Shown: positions 8,797 through 20,268 of the stretch, in pieces
Numbering within the stretch: the first letter of the stretch is position 1
Layout: each line of letters opens with the position of its first letter
From: an uncultured Planctomycetaceae bacterium
GTDB taxonomy: Bacteria; Planctomycetota; Planctomycetia; Planctomycetales; Planctomycetaceae
Assembly (NCBI GenBank): GCA_963815195.1
Contig: CAWFGE010000022.1
Location: 339,431-403,430 of the forward strand
Reading direction: 5' to 3'
DNA length: 64,000 nt
Made by a program: the position numbers and the translations under genes
Notes under the pieces: generated by a model
What the model was told of the DNA's origin: nothing
The model's database searches: none
What the model saw: the letters and a program-made list of their open reading frames with translations, nothing else

Positions 8797-10939
8797 GTGA
8801 AAGTCAATGTCGAGAAGGAAATTGGGGGCCGGAAATTTAGTTTGACAACGGGAGAATGGGCCAAACAAGCCAGCGGAGCCGTCGTCGTCCAATATGACGA
8901 CACGGTGCTGTTCGTGGCGGCCCAAAGCGGACCGGCCCGGCCGGGAATTGATTTCTTTCCGCTCCAGGTGGATTACCGGGAGCGGCTCGCGGCGGCGGGG
9001 AAATTTGCGGGGGGCTTCCTGAAACGGGAAGGCCGGCCCACCACCAAGGAGATTCTCACCGCCCGCCTCACCGACCGCCCGTTGAGGCCCTTGTTTCCCA
9101 AGGCCTATAAAGACGAGCTTCAAATCCAGGCGAACGTCCTCGCCGTGGACGGCCAGAACGATCCGGACGTGCTGACGATGACCGGAGCGAGTGCCGCGCT
9201 GATGATCGCCCCCGTGCCGTTTCAAGGCCCGATTGCGGGCGTGCGGGTCGGGTTGATCGACGGCGAGCTGGTGTTGATGCCCACCATCGAGCAGGCTCAA
9301 GAACAGCGAGCTCGATTTGGTCGTCGCCGGCAGCCGGGATTCGGTGCTGATGATCGAGGGCTTCGGGAAGCAAATCCCCGAACCGCAGATGGTCGAGGCG
9401 ATCATGTTCGGCCACAAAGCGATCGTCGCGCTCTGCCAGTTGCAGCTGGAGTTCCGCGAAAAAGTCGCCCCCGCGCCCTACCAGTTCGAAGCCCCGCCGG
9501 AAAACCCGTTTTTGGAAATGCTCCGCCGGGACGCCTACTCCCGGCTTCGCCAGGCGAAACAGAACGACAAGAAGCAGGACCGCCACCAGGCGGCCGACGA
9601 TTTGCGGGCCGAGTTCATCGGACGCCTGTTTCCCGAAGGCGCCGAAACGAACGCCCAGGGCCAGACCCTCGCGGACTTGAAGGAAGCCTTCTATCAGGTC
9701 GAGCACCAAGTCATCCGGGATTTGATTATCGAAGGCAAACGGCTCGACGGCCGAACCCCGCAGGATTTGCGGGATGTGACCTGCGAAGCGAGCATCCTCC
9801 CGCGCGTGCACGGTTCGGCGGTGTTCACCCGCGGGGAAACGCAATCGCTCGCCACCGTCACCCTGGGCACCGCCCGCGATCAGCAGCGGATCGACGGGCT
9901 GTTTGACGAAGTCTCCGAGCGGTTCATGCTGCACTATTACTTCCCCTCGTTCTCGGTGGGCGAAGTCCGGCCGATCCGCGGTCCGGGCCGGCGGGAAATC
10001 GGGCACGGCATGCTCGCCCAGCGCTCGGTCGAGCCCGTGCTGCCTTCCGACAAGAAATTCCCCTACACCATGCGGGTGATTTCGGACATTCTCGAATCCA
10101 ACGGCTCAAGCTCGATGGCCAGCGTCTGTAGCGCCACTTTGTCGCTGATGGATGCGGGCGTCCCCATCTCCCAGCCGGTCGCGGGGATTTCCATCGGGAT
10201 CGTGAAAGAGTCCGACGACAAATACATCCTCCTCACCGACATCATGGGGGATGAGGACCATCACGGCGACATGGATTTCAAAGTCGCCGGCACGCAAAAA
10301 GGCATCACCGGCATCCAACTCGATCTGAAGATCGACGGCATCAGCGAAAAGATCGTCCGCGAAACGCTGACCCAGGCCCGCGACGCCCGGATTGCCCTCT
10401 TAAAGCGAATGCTCACCAGCATCCGCCGGCCGCGGGCGGAAATCTCCCCCTTCGCGCCCCGGCTTCAGCAGATCAAGATCGATCCCGAAAAGATCGGCCT
10501 GATCATCGGTCCCGGCGGCAAAACCATTCGGGCTCTCCAGGAATCCTCCGGGGCGAACATCGACATCGACGACGACGGCACCGTGACCATCTCCGGCGCG
10601 AACGCCGAGTCCGTCAAAGCCGCCGTCGCGACCATCGAAGCCATGACCGAGGAAATCAAAGTCGGCCGGGTTTACATGGGCACGGTCAGCTCGGTCAAGG
10701 ATTTCGGGGCCTTCATCGAAATCGCCCCCGGCAAAGACGGGCTCTGCCACATCAGCGAACTCTCCGAAGGCTTCGTGAAGTCCGTAACCGACATCTGTAA
10801 GCCCGGCGACAAACTGGAAGTCAAAGTCATCGCCGTGGACGAGCAAAACCGCGTGAAGCTCTCCCGCAAAGCCGTGCTCGCCGAGCAAGGCGGCGGCGAT
10901 GGCGAGGAGGACGCGGACTTCGACGACGAGGAGGATTGA
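8797..10939 (+). CDS. pnp: Polyribonucleotide nucleotidyltransferase (frameshift near 9294, probably a sequencing error)
   Basis: DFFPLQVDY, GRREIGHG, SNGSSSMASVC, GDMDFKVAGT, KH and S1 domains; removing one G restores IEQLKNSELDLVVAG. Confidence 0.95.
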
Positions 10940-11000
10940 TTCGCGGAGTTATTGAATCGTCGAATCCCCACTCTGAGAACGGATCGTCGGAGGAGGTGTC

Positions 11001-11543
11001 GTGAAACCACACACGCTATCCAACCAAAGGTTTTCCTTGGCCCTCCGATGGCAGATTCTTGTTGCCGTGGGCTTGCTATTTACCTTCGCGGGATGTTGGA
11101 CGACGCGGAAAGACGTTTCTCAACAAAAGACCTATAAAGATCTCGTCGGGACCACTTGGCGGTTGAAACAAGGGCTATACATCGTCGAATATGTTGATGG
11201 AAGCGGCAAGCCCGGACAATTGGCCACCGCTTCGCACGCGACGCAAGGTAAGGAGACCGTGGTTGATGAGGATAATGTCGGCAAAACGTTTCTCGATACG
11301 ATTATCAAGGGGGTTCTTCCGAACGGCACGGAAATCCGTGTCCTGAGCGTCATCGAAATAGACTCGTTCGAAGGTTATGATTCGTTCGATATCATGGTGC
11401 GTCCCACGGGCGAACTGGGTGACAAATGGCTCAAATTGGAAGGGGGCGATATCGAGGAGACAGGCTGGATTAATGCCGTTGAGACAGGGAAGAAGGAATT
11501 TCAGGTGAAGATGAACACCGAACTTGTCGAGCAAGACAAGTAA
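11001..11543 (+). CDS. Hypothetical lipoprotein, AT-rich
   Basis: Strong RBS ggaggagg, lipobox-like FAGC, no recognisable family. Confidence 0.7.
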   Translation: MKPHTLSNQRFSLALRWQILVAVGLLFTFAGCWTTRKDVSQQKTYKDLVGTTWRLKQGLYIVEYVDGSGKPGQLATASHATQGKETVVDEDNVGKTFLDTIIKGVLPNGTEIRVLSVIEIDSFEGYDSFDIMVRPTGELGDKWLKLEGGDIEETGWINAVETGKKEFQVKMNTELVEQDK

Positions 11544-11683
11544 ATTCAGTAGTTCCAAAAGGCTCGGAAAAGGAATGAGTTCCCCAAGAGCCGCGCACGA
11601 AGTAAGCGGTTTTTCTAGGTTTACAGATCGCAATACCGCTTACTTCGTGCGCGGCTCTGGCGTTTTTTGGAACGACTGAAATT
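11543..11683 (+). mobile_element. ~140-bp MITE-like element, copy 1 (TIRs plus internal family A hairpin)
   Basis: Ends aattcagtagttccaaaa / ttttggaacgactgaaatt; internal arms gagccgcgcacgaagtaagcggt; similar copies at 12494 and 41671. Confidence 0.7.
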
Positions 11684-11734
11684 GGCAATTATGGCTCCGA
11701 ATCTCTGACGCGGTGAATGTTGGGTCGCGGATTG

Positions 11735-12481
11735 ATGGCTGATGATGCTCCGCTCGGCAATGAGGAACGGCAGCGGCTCAAAGCTCAGACCGCTGAAATC
11801 GCCGCCCTCGCCGGCGGCTTGGCCCATGAGATCAAAAACCCGCTCTCGACCATCAGCCTGAACCTGGAACTGATGGCGGAAGAGTTGGACCACTCTCCCG
11901 AAAACTCCCCCCGCGACCGGAGATTTCTGCAGAAGATCAACACACTCCAGCGGGAATGCCGGCAGCTCAATCAGATTCTCGAAGCCTTCTTGCAGTTCGC
12001 CCGCCCCGGCGAATTGAAATTGGCCCAGCGGGACTTGAACCAGTTGGTGCGGGATTTTATCACATTCTATCAGCCGCAGGCCGACGACCACGGCATCGAG
12101 ATCAGCCCGCATCTGGCCACGGACTTGCCGATGGTGGAATTCGACGAGTCCCTGATGCGGCAGGTGCTCTTGAATCTGGCTCTGAACGCGCAGCAGGCGA
12201 TGCCCGAGGGCGGCCTGTTGGAACTCCAAACCTACGCCGGCCCGAAGGGGGTTTGCCTGGAGTTGATCGACAACGGCTCTGGCATGGACGAGCGGACCCG
12301 CTCCCGGATGTTCCAGGCGTTTTTTTCGACCCGCACGACGGGCAGCGGCCTGGGACTTCCCACGGTGAAAAAAATCGTCGAAGCCCACCGCGGCACGATC
12401 ACCTGCGAAAGCGAAGTCGGCCGCGGCACCCGCTTTACAATCACGCTGCCCCCCGCCGCCGAGCAAACCGGCATTGAATAA
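11735..12481 (+). CDS. Histidine kinase (HisKA + HATPase_c) with no sensor domain
   Basis: LAHEIKNPL H-box, NLALNA N-box, DNGSGM, GSGLGL. Confidence 0.92.
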   Translation: MADDAPLGNEERQRLKAQTAEIAALAGGLAHEIKNPLSTISLNLELMAEELDHSPENSPRDRRFLQKINTLQRECRQLNQILEAFLQFARPGELKLAQRDLNQLVRDFITFYQPQADDHGIEISPHLATDLPMVEFDESLMRQVLLNLALNAQQAMPEGGLLELQTYAGPKGVCLELIDNGSGMDERTRSRMFQAFFSTRTTGSGLGLPTVKKIVEAHRGTITCESEVGRGTRFTITLPPAAEQTGIE

Positions 12482-12493
12482 TAATTAACGCAA

Positions 12494-12633
12494 ACAAAGT
12501 CGTTCCAATAAACGCCGGAGCCGCGCGCGAAGTCAGCGGTATTGCGATCTGTAAATCTAGAAAAACCGCTTACTTCGCGCACGGCTCTTGGGGAACCAAT
12601 TCGTTTTCCGAGCCTTTTGGAACGACTGAAACT
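12494..12633 (-). mobile_element. MITE-like element, copy 2, inverted relative to copy 1
   Basis: Reverse complement aligns to 11543-11683 with few mismatches. Confidence 0.7.
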
Positions 12634-12643
12634 GTAAGCGGTT

Positions 12644-12782
12644 GGGTGGCTGGGGCGCAAATCCTCTCAAAAAAGGCTTGAATTGCGAATGCTGGGGCTG
12701 TGGCCGGGCGAGAAAAATCTCACACGGCCCCAGGCCTCAAATCCCCTTTTTCCGTGGAACATTTCTTTGCACCCGGCCACCC
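12644..12782. repeat. Long imperfect inverted repeat (family H, gggtggctgggg...cccggccaccc)
   Basis: Outer arms pair, and so do the inner ctggggctgtg/cacggccccag arms. Confidence 0.55.
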
Positions 12783-12930
12783 CCCGAGCCAACCGGGATT
12801 GGACAACAATTCGCCATCGCGAAGAAATAGGGATGGATGGGAAACCGCCGCAAATCTTATTCAAGGCGGTTCTTTGCGTGCATCGCGGCTTTGCGTTAAA
12901 ACTGCGTTATGGTATCTGGTGCATCTCTCA

Positions 12931-12997
12931 CTAGCCCAAAGCGCCAGCGAGGGAAGCCACGTTTTCGAGTGAAATCCCCGCTGGCGCTTCGGGCCAG
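12931..12997. repeat. REP-like palindrome (family D, agcccgaagcgccagcgaggg)
   Basis: Second copy at 57401-57461. Confidence 0.75.
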
Positions 12998-13036
12998 CGA
13001 GACTTTTTCGATCATCTTGCATCCTGCGGACAACGG

Positions 13037-14455
<1,419 letters not shown>

Positions 14456-14531
14456 GAGACCCGTCGGCAGTTAGAAGCCGCCGCTACGATTGCGAGTCGG
14501 CACTTTTTCATTTCTTCGCGGGAGCAGCGGG

Positions 14532-14909
14532 ATGGCGAAGCAAAAGCAGAAAGCGGGCAAACGCTCCACGCGGGATTGGATCGTCCGCATGGCGATTTTC
14601 GGAACGCTTGCGGTCGTGTTGGTGCTCGCGGTGTTGGACTATCGCATGAAGAGCCAGGCCAGCGAAACCGGCGTGGTCTGGCGGGACCTCTTGAACAAGT
14701 CGAACGCACAAGACATTCCCAGGCTGCCGGAGGGCCAACTCACGGAAAGTCTCATCGGATCGCCCGACGTGGAAAAACGCGAAGACCCCGACCAAAATAT
14801 TTACACCTGGAAAGGGCCGTTTCGGAAATACGAAATTACGGTCACCTTCGAAGCCGGCGGCAGCCGGGTGGTCGAAAGCATCCGAGGCCCCGGCGACGAC
14901 GAGGAGTGA
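14532..14909 (+). CDS. Hypothetical single-TM protein
   Basis: RBS ggag, basic N-terminus followed by a TM helix, host-like codon use. Confidence 0.7.
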   Translation: MAKQKQKAGKRSTRDWIVRMAIFGTLAVVLVLAVLDYRMKSQASETGVVWRDLLNKSNAQDIPRLPEGQLTESLIGSPDVEKREDPDQNIYTWKGPFRKYEITVTFEAGGSRVVESIRGPGDDEE

Positions 14910-14989
14910 AAGCGTCTTCACTCGAAACGCCGATGATTCATCCGCCGCTCGGCCCTTGCCCGCGGTTTCATCTTTCGCAGCGGAAAAAC

Positions 14990-15787
14990 ATGCAGGAAAC
15001 CATCACCGACAATCTCTACAACTACCCCAAGTATTACGATTTGGTGTTCGGCTCGGACTGGGCGGCGGAGTTCCATTTTTTCCAGGCCTGCTTCGAAACG
15101 CTGGCGAAGCGGAAGGTCACACGCATCCTGGAGCCGGCGTGCGGGACGGGGCGGCTCTTGGTGCGGATGGCCGAGGCGGGATACGAAACCGCCGGCCTCG
15201 ATTTGAACCCCGCCGCGGTCGCGTTCTGCAATCAGCGGTTTGAGCGAAAGGGCCGAGCGCCGGTCGCGATCGTGGGCGACATGGCGGATTTTTCGCTCCC
15301 AGGTTTCGGGAGTGCGCGGAAGTTCGACGCGGCGTTCAATCCGATCAACAGCTTTCGGCATCTGCCCACCGAAGCCGCCGCGGAAAGCCATCTGAAATGC
15401 ATGGCGGACGCGATCGCCAAGGGCGGAATCTATCTCCTCGGCCTGCATCTCACGCCGACGAAAGGCGAGCGGATCGAGGAGGAAGCCTGGTCCGCGAGCC
15501 GGGGGCATCTCACGGTCAATTCCTCCATGTGGTCGGAATCGCTGGACCTCAAGAAGCGAAACGAAAAAGTCGGCATGACCTTCGACGTTTACACGCCGAC
15601 CCGGCAGTTTCGCATCGTGGACGAAATGGACTACCGCACTTACACCGCCCCGCAAATGGCGAAGCTCGTCAGCCGCGTCCCCGCTTGGGAAATCGCGGGG
15701 ACTTATGATTTCACCTACGACATCGAAGCCCCCATCGACATCGATGCGTCCACCGAAGATGTGGTGTATGTCCTGCGAAAACGGTAG
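14990..15787 (+). CDS. Class I SAM-dependent methyltransferase
   Basis: ILEPACGTGR motif I, GLDLN, GDM. Confidence 0.88.
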   Translation: MQETITDNLYNYPKYYDLVFGSDWAAEFHFFQACFETLAKRKVTRILEPACGTGRLLVRMAEAGYETAGLDLNPAAVAFCNQRFERKGRAPVAIVGDMADFSLPGFGSARKFDAAFNPINSFRHLPTEAAAESHLKCMADAIAKGGIYLLGLHLTPTKGERIEEEAWSASRGHLTVNSSMWSESLDLKKRNEKVGMTFDVYTPTRQFRIVDEMDYRTYTAPQMAKLVSRVPAWEIAGTYDFTYDIEAPIDIDASTEDVVYVLRKR

Positions 15788-15833
15788 TTTTGTTCGCCTG
15801 GACTTTTGCAAAAAGCGCTCAAGCCACTCGGAA

Positions 15834-17078
15834 TCAATAGTCTCTCACGGCACCGTCGGGCAACGTCGGCTTGGGCCATTTGAACTGGCGGCGGGGGTCG
15901 GCGTTGACTTTGGCGAACTGGGATTCATCGATCTCGACGCCCAAACCGGGTCCCTCGGGCAAGGTGGCATAGCCTTTGTCGTCGATCTCAAAACTCTTCT
16001 TCGCGACGCCCGCGGGCATGATGTGGCCGTCGAGGTACATTTCGTGAATCAGCAAAAACGGTACGCTGAACGCGCAATGCAAACTCGCCGAGACGCCCAA
16101 CTCCGAGCAGGTGCAATGCGGGGCGAGCGGCACGAAATAGGCCTCGGCCAGGGTCGCGATTTTTTTCATCTGGCTGATGCCGCCGGTGTGCCCGCAGTCG
16201 GGCTGCAGAATGTCGATGCAGCGTTCCTGCAGATAAGGCAGCATGCCCCAGATCGTGCGGTCCCGCTCGCCGGTCGCCATCGGGATTTGGATGTGCTGCT
16301 TGAGCCGCTTGAAGACTTCGATGTTCCCTGGAACCGCGACCTCCTCCAGAAACAGAATGTCATAAGGCTTGATCGCCGCGGCGAGTTGAATCAGCATGGC
16401 GGGCGGGACGGCACAGTGGGCATCGAACATCACACAGCCGTCGGGACCGACCCGCTCGCGGGTGTTCTTGACGTTCTTGACGAGGTGTTCGATGTCCGGC
16501 GGATCGCCGCTGTAGGGATGCGGGCCGCCCGTGCCGGTCTTTTGCGCTTTGGGCGTGGGATAGACGCGGACCTTGTCCCGCGTGGGACCGCCCAACAACC
16601 GGTACACCGGCACGCGCCAGGCTTGGCCGGTGATGTCCCACAACGCCATGTCGATCGCCGAGATGACATGCGTCATAAACGGCCCGCCCCGCATATCGCG
16701 GTGCGCGCGATACAACTTTTGCCAGAGATATTCGATCCGCGTGGGGTTCTCGCCGTCCAGAAGTTCGAACAAAGAATGTGCCAGGGACACGGCGACTGTG
16801 GGCTCGAGTCCCGTGACTTCACCCCAACCGGTGAGGCCGGCGTTGGTTTTTACTTTGATATAGGCTTTGGTCCCCACGCGAAAGCCGCGCAGCGATTGAA
16901 TCTTCAAATTCGCCCCCCGGTCCGCGACCTGAGCGGCCGGGTTGTCGTCAGCGGGCAACGCCTCCCGCAGGAACGCCAAACCCGCCGCGGCCGCGGCTCC
17001 CGCACCCAACAATCCGCGGCGAGTGCACAGCGATTCTTTCATCGCCGGCGTCTCCAAGCGTTCCCCGTGTTTGTCCAT
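15834..17078 (-). CDS. Mandelate racemase / galactonate dehydratase-like enolase-superfamily protein with Tat-like signal
   Basis: TRRGLL twin-Arg motif, GWGE, SAIDMALWDI, FDAH, LEE, ATGER, APH, PGLGVE. Confidence 0.88.
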   Translation of the reverse strand: MDKHGERLETPAMKESLCTRRGLLGAGAAAAAGLAFLREALPADDNPAAQVADRGANLKIQSLRGFRVGTKAYIKVKTNAGLTGWGEVTGLEPTVAVSLAHSLFELLDGENPTRIEYLWQKLYRAHRDMRGGPFMTHVISAIDMALWDITGQAWRVPVYRLLGGPTRDKVRVYPTPKAQKTGTGGPHPYSGDPPDIEHLVKNVKNTRERVGPDGCVMFDAHCAVPPAMLIQLAAAIKPYDILFLEEVAVPGNIEVFKRLKQHIQIPMATGERDRTIWGMLPYLQERCIDILQPDCGHTGGISQMKKIATLAEAYFVPLAPHCTCSELGVSASLHCAFSVPFLLIHEMYLDGHIMPAGVAKKSFEIDDKGYATLPEGPGLGVEIDESQFAKVNADPRRQFKWPKPTLPDGAVRDY

Positions 17079-17244
17079 TGCGCGTCTCCAAGTTCTGATA
17101 ACAATCGGCCGCCGAACGCTTGACCTGTGACGAACGTTAAACTCAACGATACGACAACTAATCTGAGCGAGAAGCGAAGCATGGACCCCCCTCTTTGGGG
17201 TCGCAGAGCAAATTCACGGTTACGATTTGCGGGGCCTTTCACGG

Positions 17245-17273
17245 ATTCTAGCGCGAATCGGCGAATGGTTCAA
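17245..17273 (-). promoter_or_regulatory. Candidate sigma70 promoter
   Basis: TTGAAC-N17-TAGAAT on the minus strand. Confidence 0.45.
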
Positions 17274-17279
17274 ATAAAA

Positions 17280-17425
17280 AGGCGAGCGGGGGGCGTCAGC
17301 CCCCTGGTTACTCCCGATTGTTTGTAATGGTCTGTTCCAAAACGCACTTTGGAAAAGCTGATTGGACAAGAGAATCAAAACAACCAGGGGGGCTTACGCC
17401 CGGGGCTTACGCCCCCCGCTCGCCT
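17280..17425. repeat. REP-like inverted pair (family B, aggcgagcggggggcgtcagcccc)
   Basis: Further copies at 18906-19036, 20099-20125 (solo arm), 27850-27933 and 63904-63934. Confidence 0.8.
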
Positions 17426-18803
17426 ATGTCAGCAGATACGCGTTGGCGATCGAGATGCCGGAGAGCATGGCCCCGATGATGCCCAGAAAGCCCTGGTCGG
17501 TGCCGCAGAGATAGAGGTTTTCCACGGGCGTCCGGCCGTCGATGCGTTTTTCGGGGGCGCCGTAAACCGCGCCGTTGAGGTGCCCGGTGAACTTTTCGAT
17601 CGTCCGCGGCGTGAAGGCGTCGGTGTCGATCACGTGATCTCGAAAATCGGGCATGATCCGCACCGCGGATTCCACGATTTTCTCCGTCCAATACCGTTTC
17701 TGCTCCTGATATTCGTCCTCCGGCCAATTCATCCAGGGCGTCGGGTCGGCGAGGGCGGTGATGCGAATGATGCCTTCCGTGCGCGGCGTCTCGTATTGAA
17801 AATTGTTGGGCGAGCAGATAATCCCGCTTCGCACATCCACGGGCGCATCGGGGCGGACGTAATGAAAATCGGCCGACTCGTTGTAAAACACGATCGTCTG
17901 ATGATGCCCCAGTTCGCTGGGGAGGCAATCCAGTGAGAAGATGGTCTCCACGAAGGAAATCTCGCCGGGCCGTTCGCGTTCGGCGACCCTTTCGTCGCCT
18001 GCGACCAATCGCAGCGTCTCCACGAGGCCGGCGGACGAGAGCACGTTGTCCGCTTCGAGAATCTGCCCGTCCTCCAGTTCGACGCCGACGGCTTTGTTTT
18101 GGCGGGTGAGGATTTTTCGGACGCCGCTCCGCAGTTTCAGTTCGCCGCCCTGCTCGCGAAACTTGCGGACGAGGGCTTTCAAAATCGGTCGCACTCCTTG
18201 TTCGGGCCGGGCGAAGCCTTCGCGGAAAATGCTTTTGAACAGAATCGCGAACTGGTTGAAGTCCATATCGTGGGGCGTGGCGCTCCCATAAAACAGCAGC
18301 GGGCAAAACAGCATATCGATCAGCATCGGATCGGTGAGGTATTCGCCCACGACCTCTCGGCCCGACATCGGTTTGCGGTCGAGGTTGGTGCCGTCGTGCT
18401 GTTCGATCCGCTCGGCCAACTTACGAAAGCGGTCTTTCTGGTCGGGAAACTCCTCGGCGACCTGTTGGGCGAGGTGTTCAAAGTCATTGGTGAACGTTAG
18501 CCGGCGGCTGAAAAAATCCACCGCCGACTCGTTCTGTGGGCAGAGCGCGAAATCGTCCCACGACAATCGGAGTTGCCGGAGCAGTTTCGGCAAAGGCCCT
18601 TTGCGGGTGCCTGGAGCGGCGTAGTTGGTCATCGCGTGCAGGCCGACATCGTAGTTCCGCCCGCGGAGGCGATAGAACGAATTCAGCCCGCCGATGGTGG
18701 TATGGCGTTCGAGAACTGCGACGGTCTTGTCGAAGTAGGCCAGCCGAATTCCGGCCGCCAACCCCGACAACCCGGCCCCGATGATAAGCGTGTCGTATTT
18801 CAC
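17424..18803 (-). CDS. Phytoene desaturase-like FAD-dependent oxidoreductase
   Basis: IIGAGLSGL Rossmann motif, GGLNSFY, TPRTIEKFTGHLNGAVYG, NLYLCG. Confidence 0.88.
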   Translation of the reverse strand: MKYDTLIIGAGLSGLAAGIRLAYFDKTVAVLERHTTIGGLNSFYRLRGRNYDVGLHAMTNYAAPGTRKGPLPKLLRQLRLSWDDFALCPQNESAVDFFSRRLTFTNDFEHLAQQVAEEFPDQKDRFRKLAERIEQHDGTNLDRKPMSGREVVGEYLTDPMLIDMLFCPLLFYGSATPHDMDFNQFAILFKSIFREGFARPEQGVRPILKALVRKFREQGGELKLRSGVRKILTRQNKAVGVELEDGQILEADNVLSSAGLVETLRLVAGDERVAERERPGEISFVETIFSLDCLPSELGHHQTIVFYNESADFHYVRPDAPVDVRSGIICSPNNFQYETPRTEGIIRITALADPTPWMNWPEDEYQEQKRYWTEKIVESAVRIMPDFRDHVIDTDAFTPRTIEKFTGHLNGAVYGAPEKRIDGRTPVENLYLCGTDQGFLGIIGAMLSGISIANAYLLT

Positions 18804-18905
18804 ACAAGTTCAGACGATCGTAAAAGCGCAATGGAAACGCCGACGCTTTTCGGCCGACGGCGAGGACTGTTGATACTGTAGTCCGGCTATTCGATAATGC
18901 AACTA

Positions 18906-19036
18906 AGGCGAGCGTGGGGCGTCAGCCCCATGATGATTCCCGATCACGTGCGTCAGTCATATTTATGGCGGGCTCTGCGGTTCGGCGCTCAACTCTTGAT
19001 GGACGCAATCATGGGGCTGACGCCCCCCGCTCGCCT
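18906..19036. repeat. REP-like inverted pair (family B)
   Basis: aggcgagcgtggggcgtcagccccatgat ... atcatggggctgacgccccccgctcgcct. Confidence 0.8.
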
Positions 19037-19065
19037 GTTTTTTCGTTACTTCTTTTGGAATCAGC

Positions 19066-20068
19066 ATGAGCCAACTTCCCGAAAGCTTCGCGTGTTATCT
19101 CGTTCGCAAGGCGGGCAAGGATCAGATTGAAGCCGGCGTCGAGCGGCGGCCGTTGGTGGAACTGCCCGCGGGGGAGGTGCTGATTCGCGTGGAATATTCC
19201 TCCTTGAATTATAAGGATGCCCTGGCGAGCACGGGGCATCCGGGCGTCGTCAAGAGTTTCCCGCACGTGCCGGGGATCGATGCGGCGGGGACGGTGGCCG
19301 CCAGCGATTCGGAACAATTCACCGCGGGCCAGAAGGTGCTTGTGACGAGCTACGAGTTGGGTTCCGGGCGGTGGGGAGGCTGGGCCGAGTACGTTCGCGT
19401 TCCCGCCGATTGGGTGATTCCCCTGCCCGCAGGATTGACGGCCAAAAACGCCATGACCTATGGCACCGCGGGGTTCACGGCGGCCCAGTGCGTGCTTGCG
19501 ACTAAAGGATCACGAGATCACGCCTGAAAAAGGAGAAGTCGTCGTCACCGGAGCCACCGGCGGCGTGGGCGTGTTCGCGGTGCAGTTTTTGGCCCACTTG
19601 GGATACCAGGTTACGGCCGTCACCGGCAAGGCCGACCGCCGGGATTGGCTGAAATCGCTGGGTGCCGCGACTGTGATTGATCGAAGCGAAGTGGACGACC
19701 AAAGCGGCAAGCCGTTGCTTAAGGCCCGCTGGGCGGGAGCGGTCGATACCGTCGGCGGCAATACATTGGGCACACTGCTTCGCAGCCTGGACCGCTCCGG
19801 GTGCGCGGCGGCGTGCGGCCTGGTGGGAGGCGCCGATTTGCCGATCAGCGTGTACCCGTTCATCCTCCGCGGCGTGACGTTGGCGGGCATCGATTCCGGC
19901 TTTTGCCCCATGCCCCGCAGGCAAGAGATCTGGAACCACCTCGCCACCGATTGGAAGCTCAAGAACCTGGACGATCTCGCCACGGACGTTCCGCTCAAAG
20001 ATCTCGAACCGCACATCCAAGCAATGCTCCAAGACCTTCACGCCGGACGCACGGTGGTTGCGCTTTGA
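19066..20068 (+). CDS. YhdH/AcuI family zinc-independent MDR oxidoreductase (frameshift near 19501)
   Basis: YSSLNYKDALA, PGIDAAGTV, GTAGFTAA, VTGATGGVG, PFILRGVTLAGIDS spread across two frames. Confidence 0.9.
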
Positions 20069-20268
20069 AAGGGCTCAATAAATAACTTGATCGACGAAAT
20101 CATGGGGCTGACGCCCCACGCTCGCGGCGCATCGACTTTGTAACATCTGGCCGTTTTTAGGGATCGGCTATTGACCCTGTCATATTGGCACCACAAAATA
20201 TGGATGGGATATGTTCATACCATTCCCGTCTAATCGTTTGGCTCATCGGCAAGGAAAGGAATGCGAGG

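Noticed and set aside
8797..10939. pnp, trxB and the other split genes as pseudogenes or programmed frameshifts
   Set aside because: Both halves are intact, there are no slippery heptamers, and core genes are affected; sequencing error is the simpler explanation.
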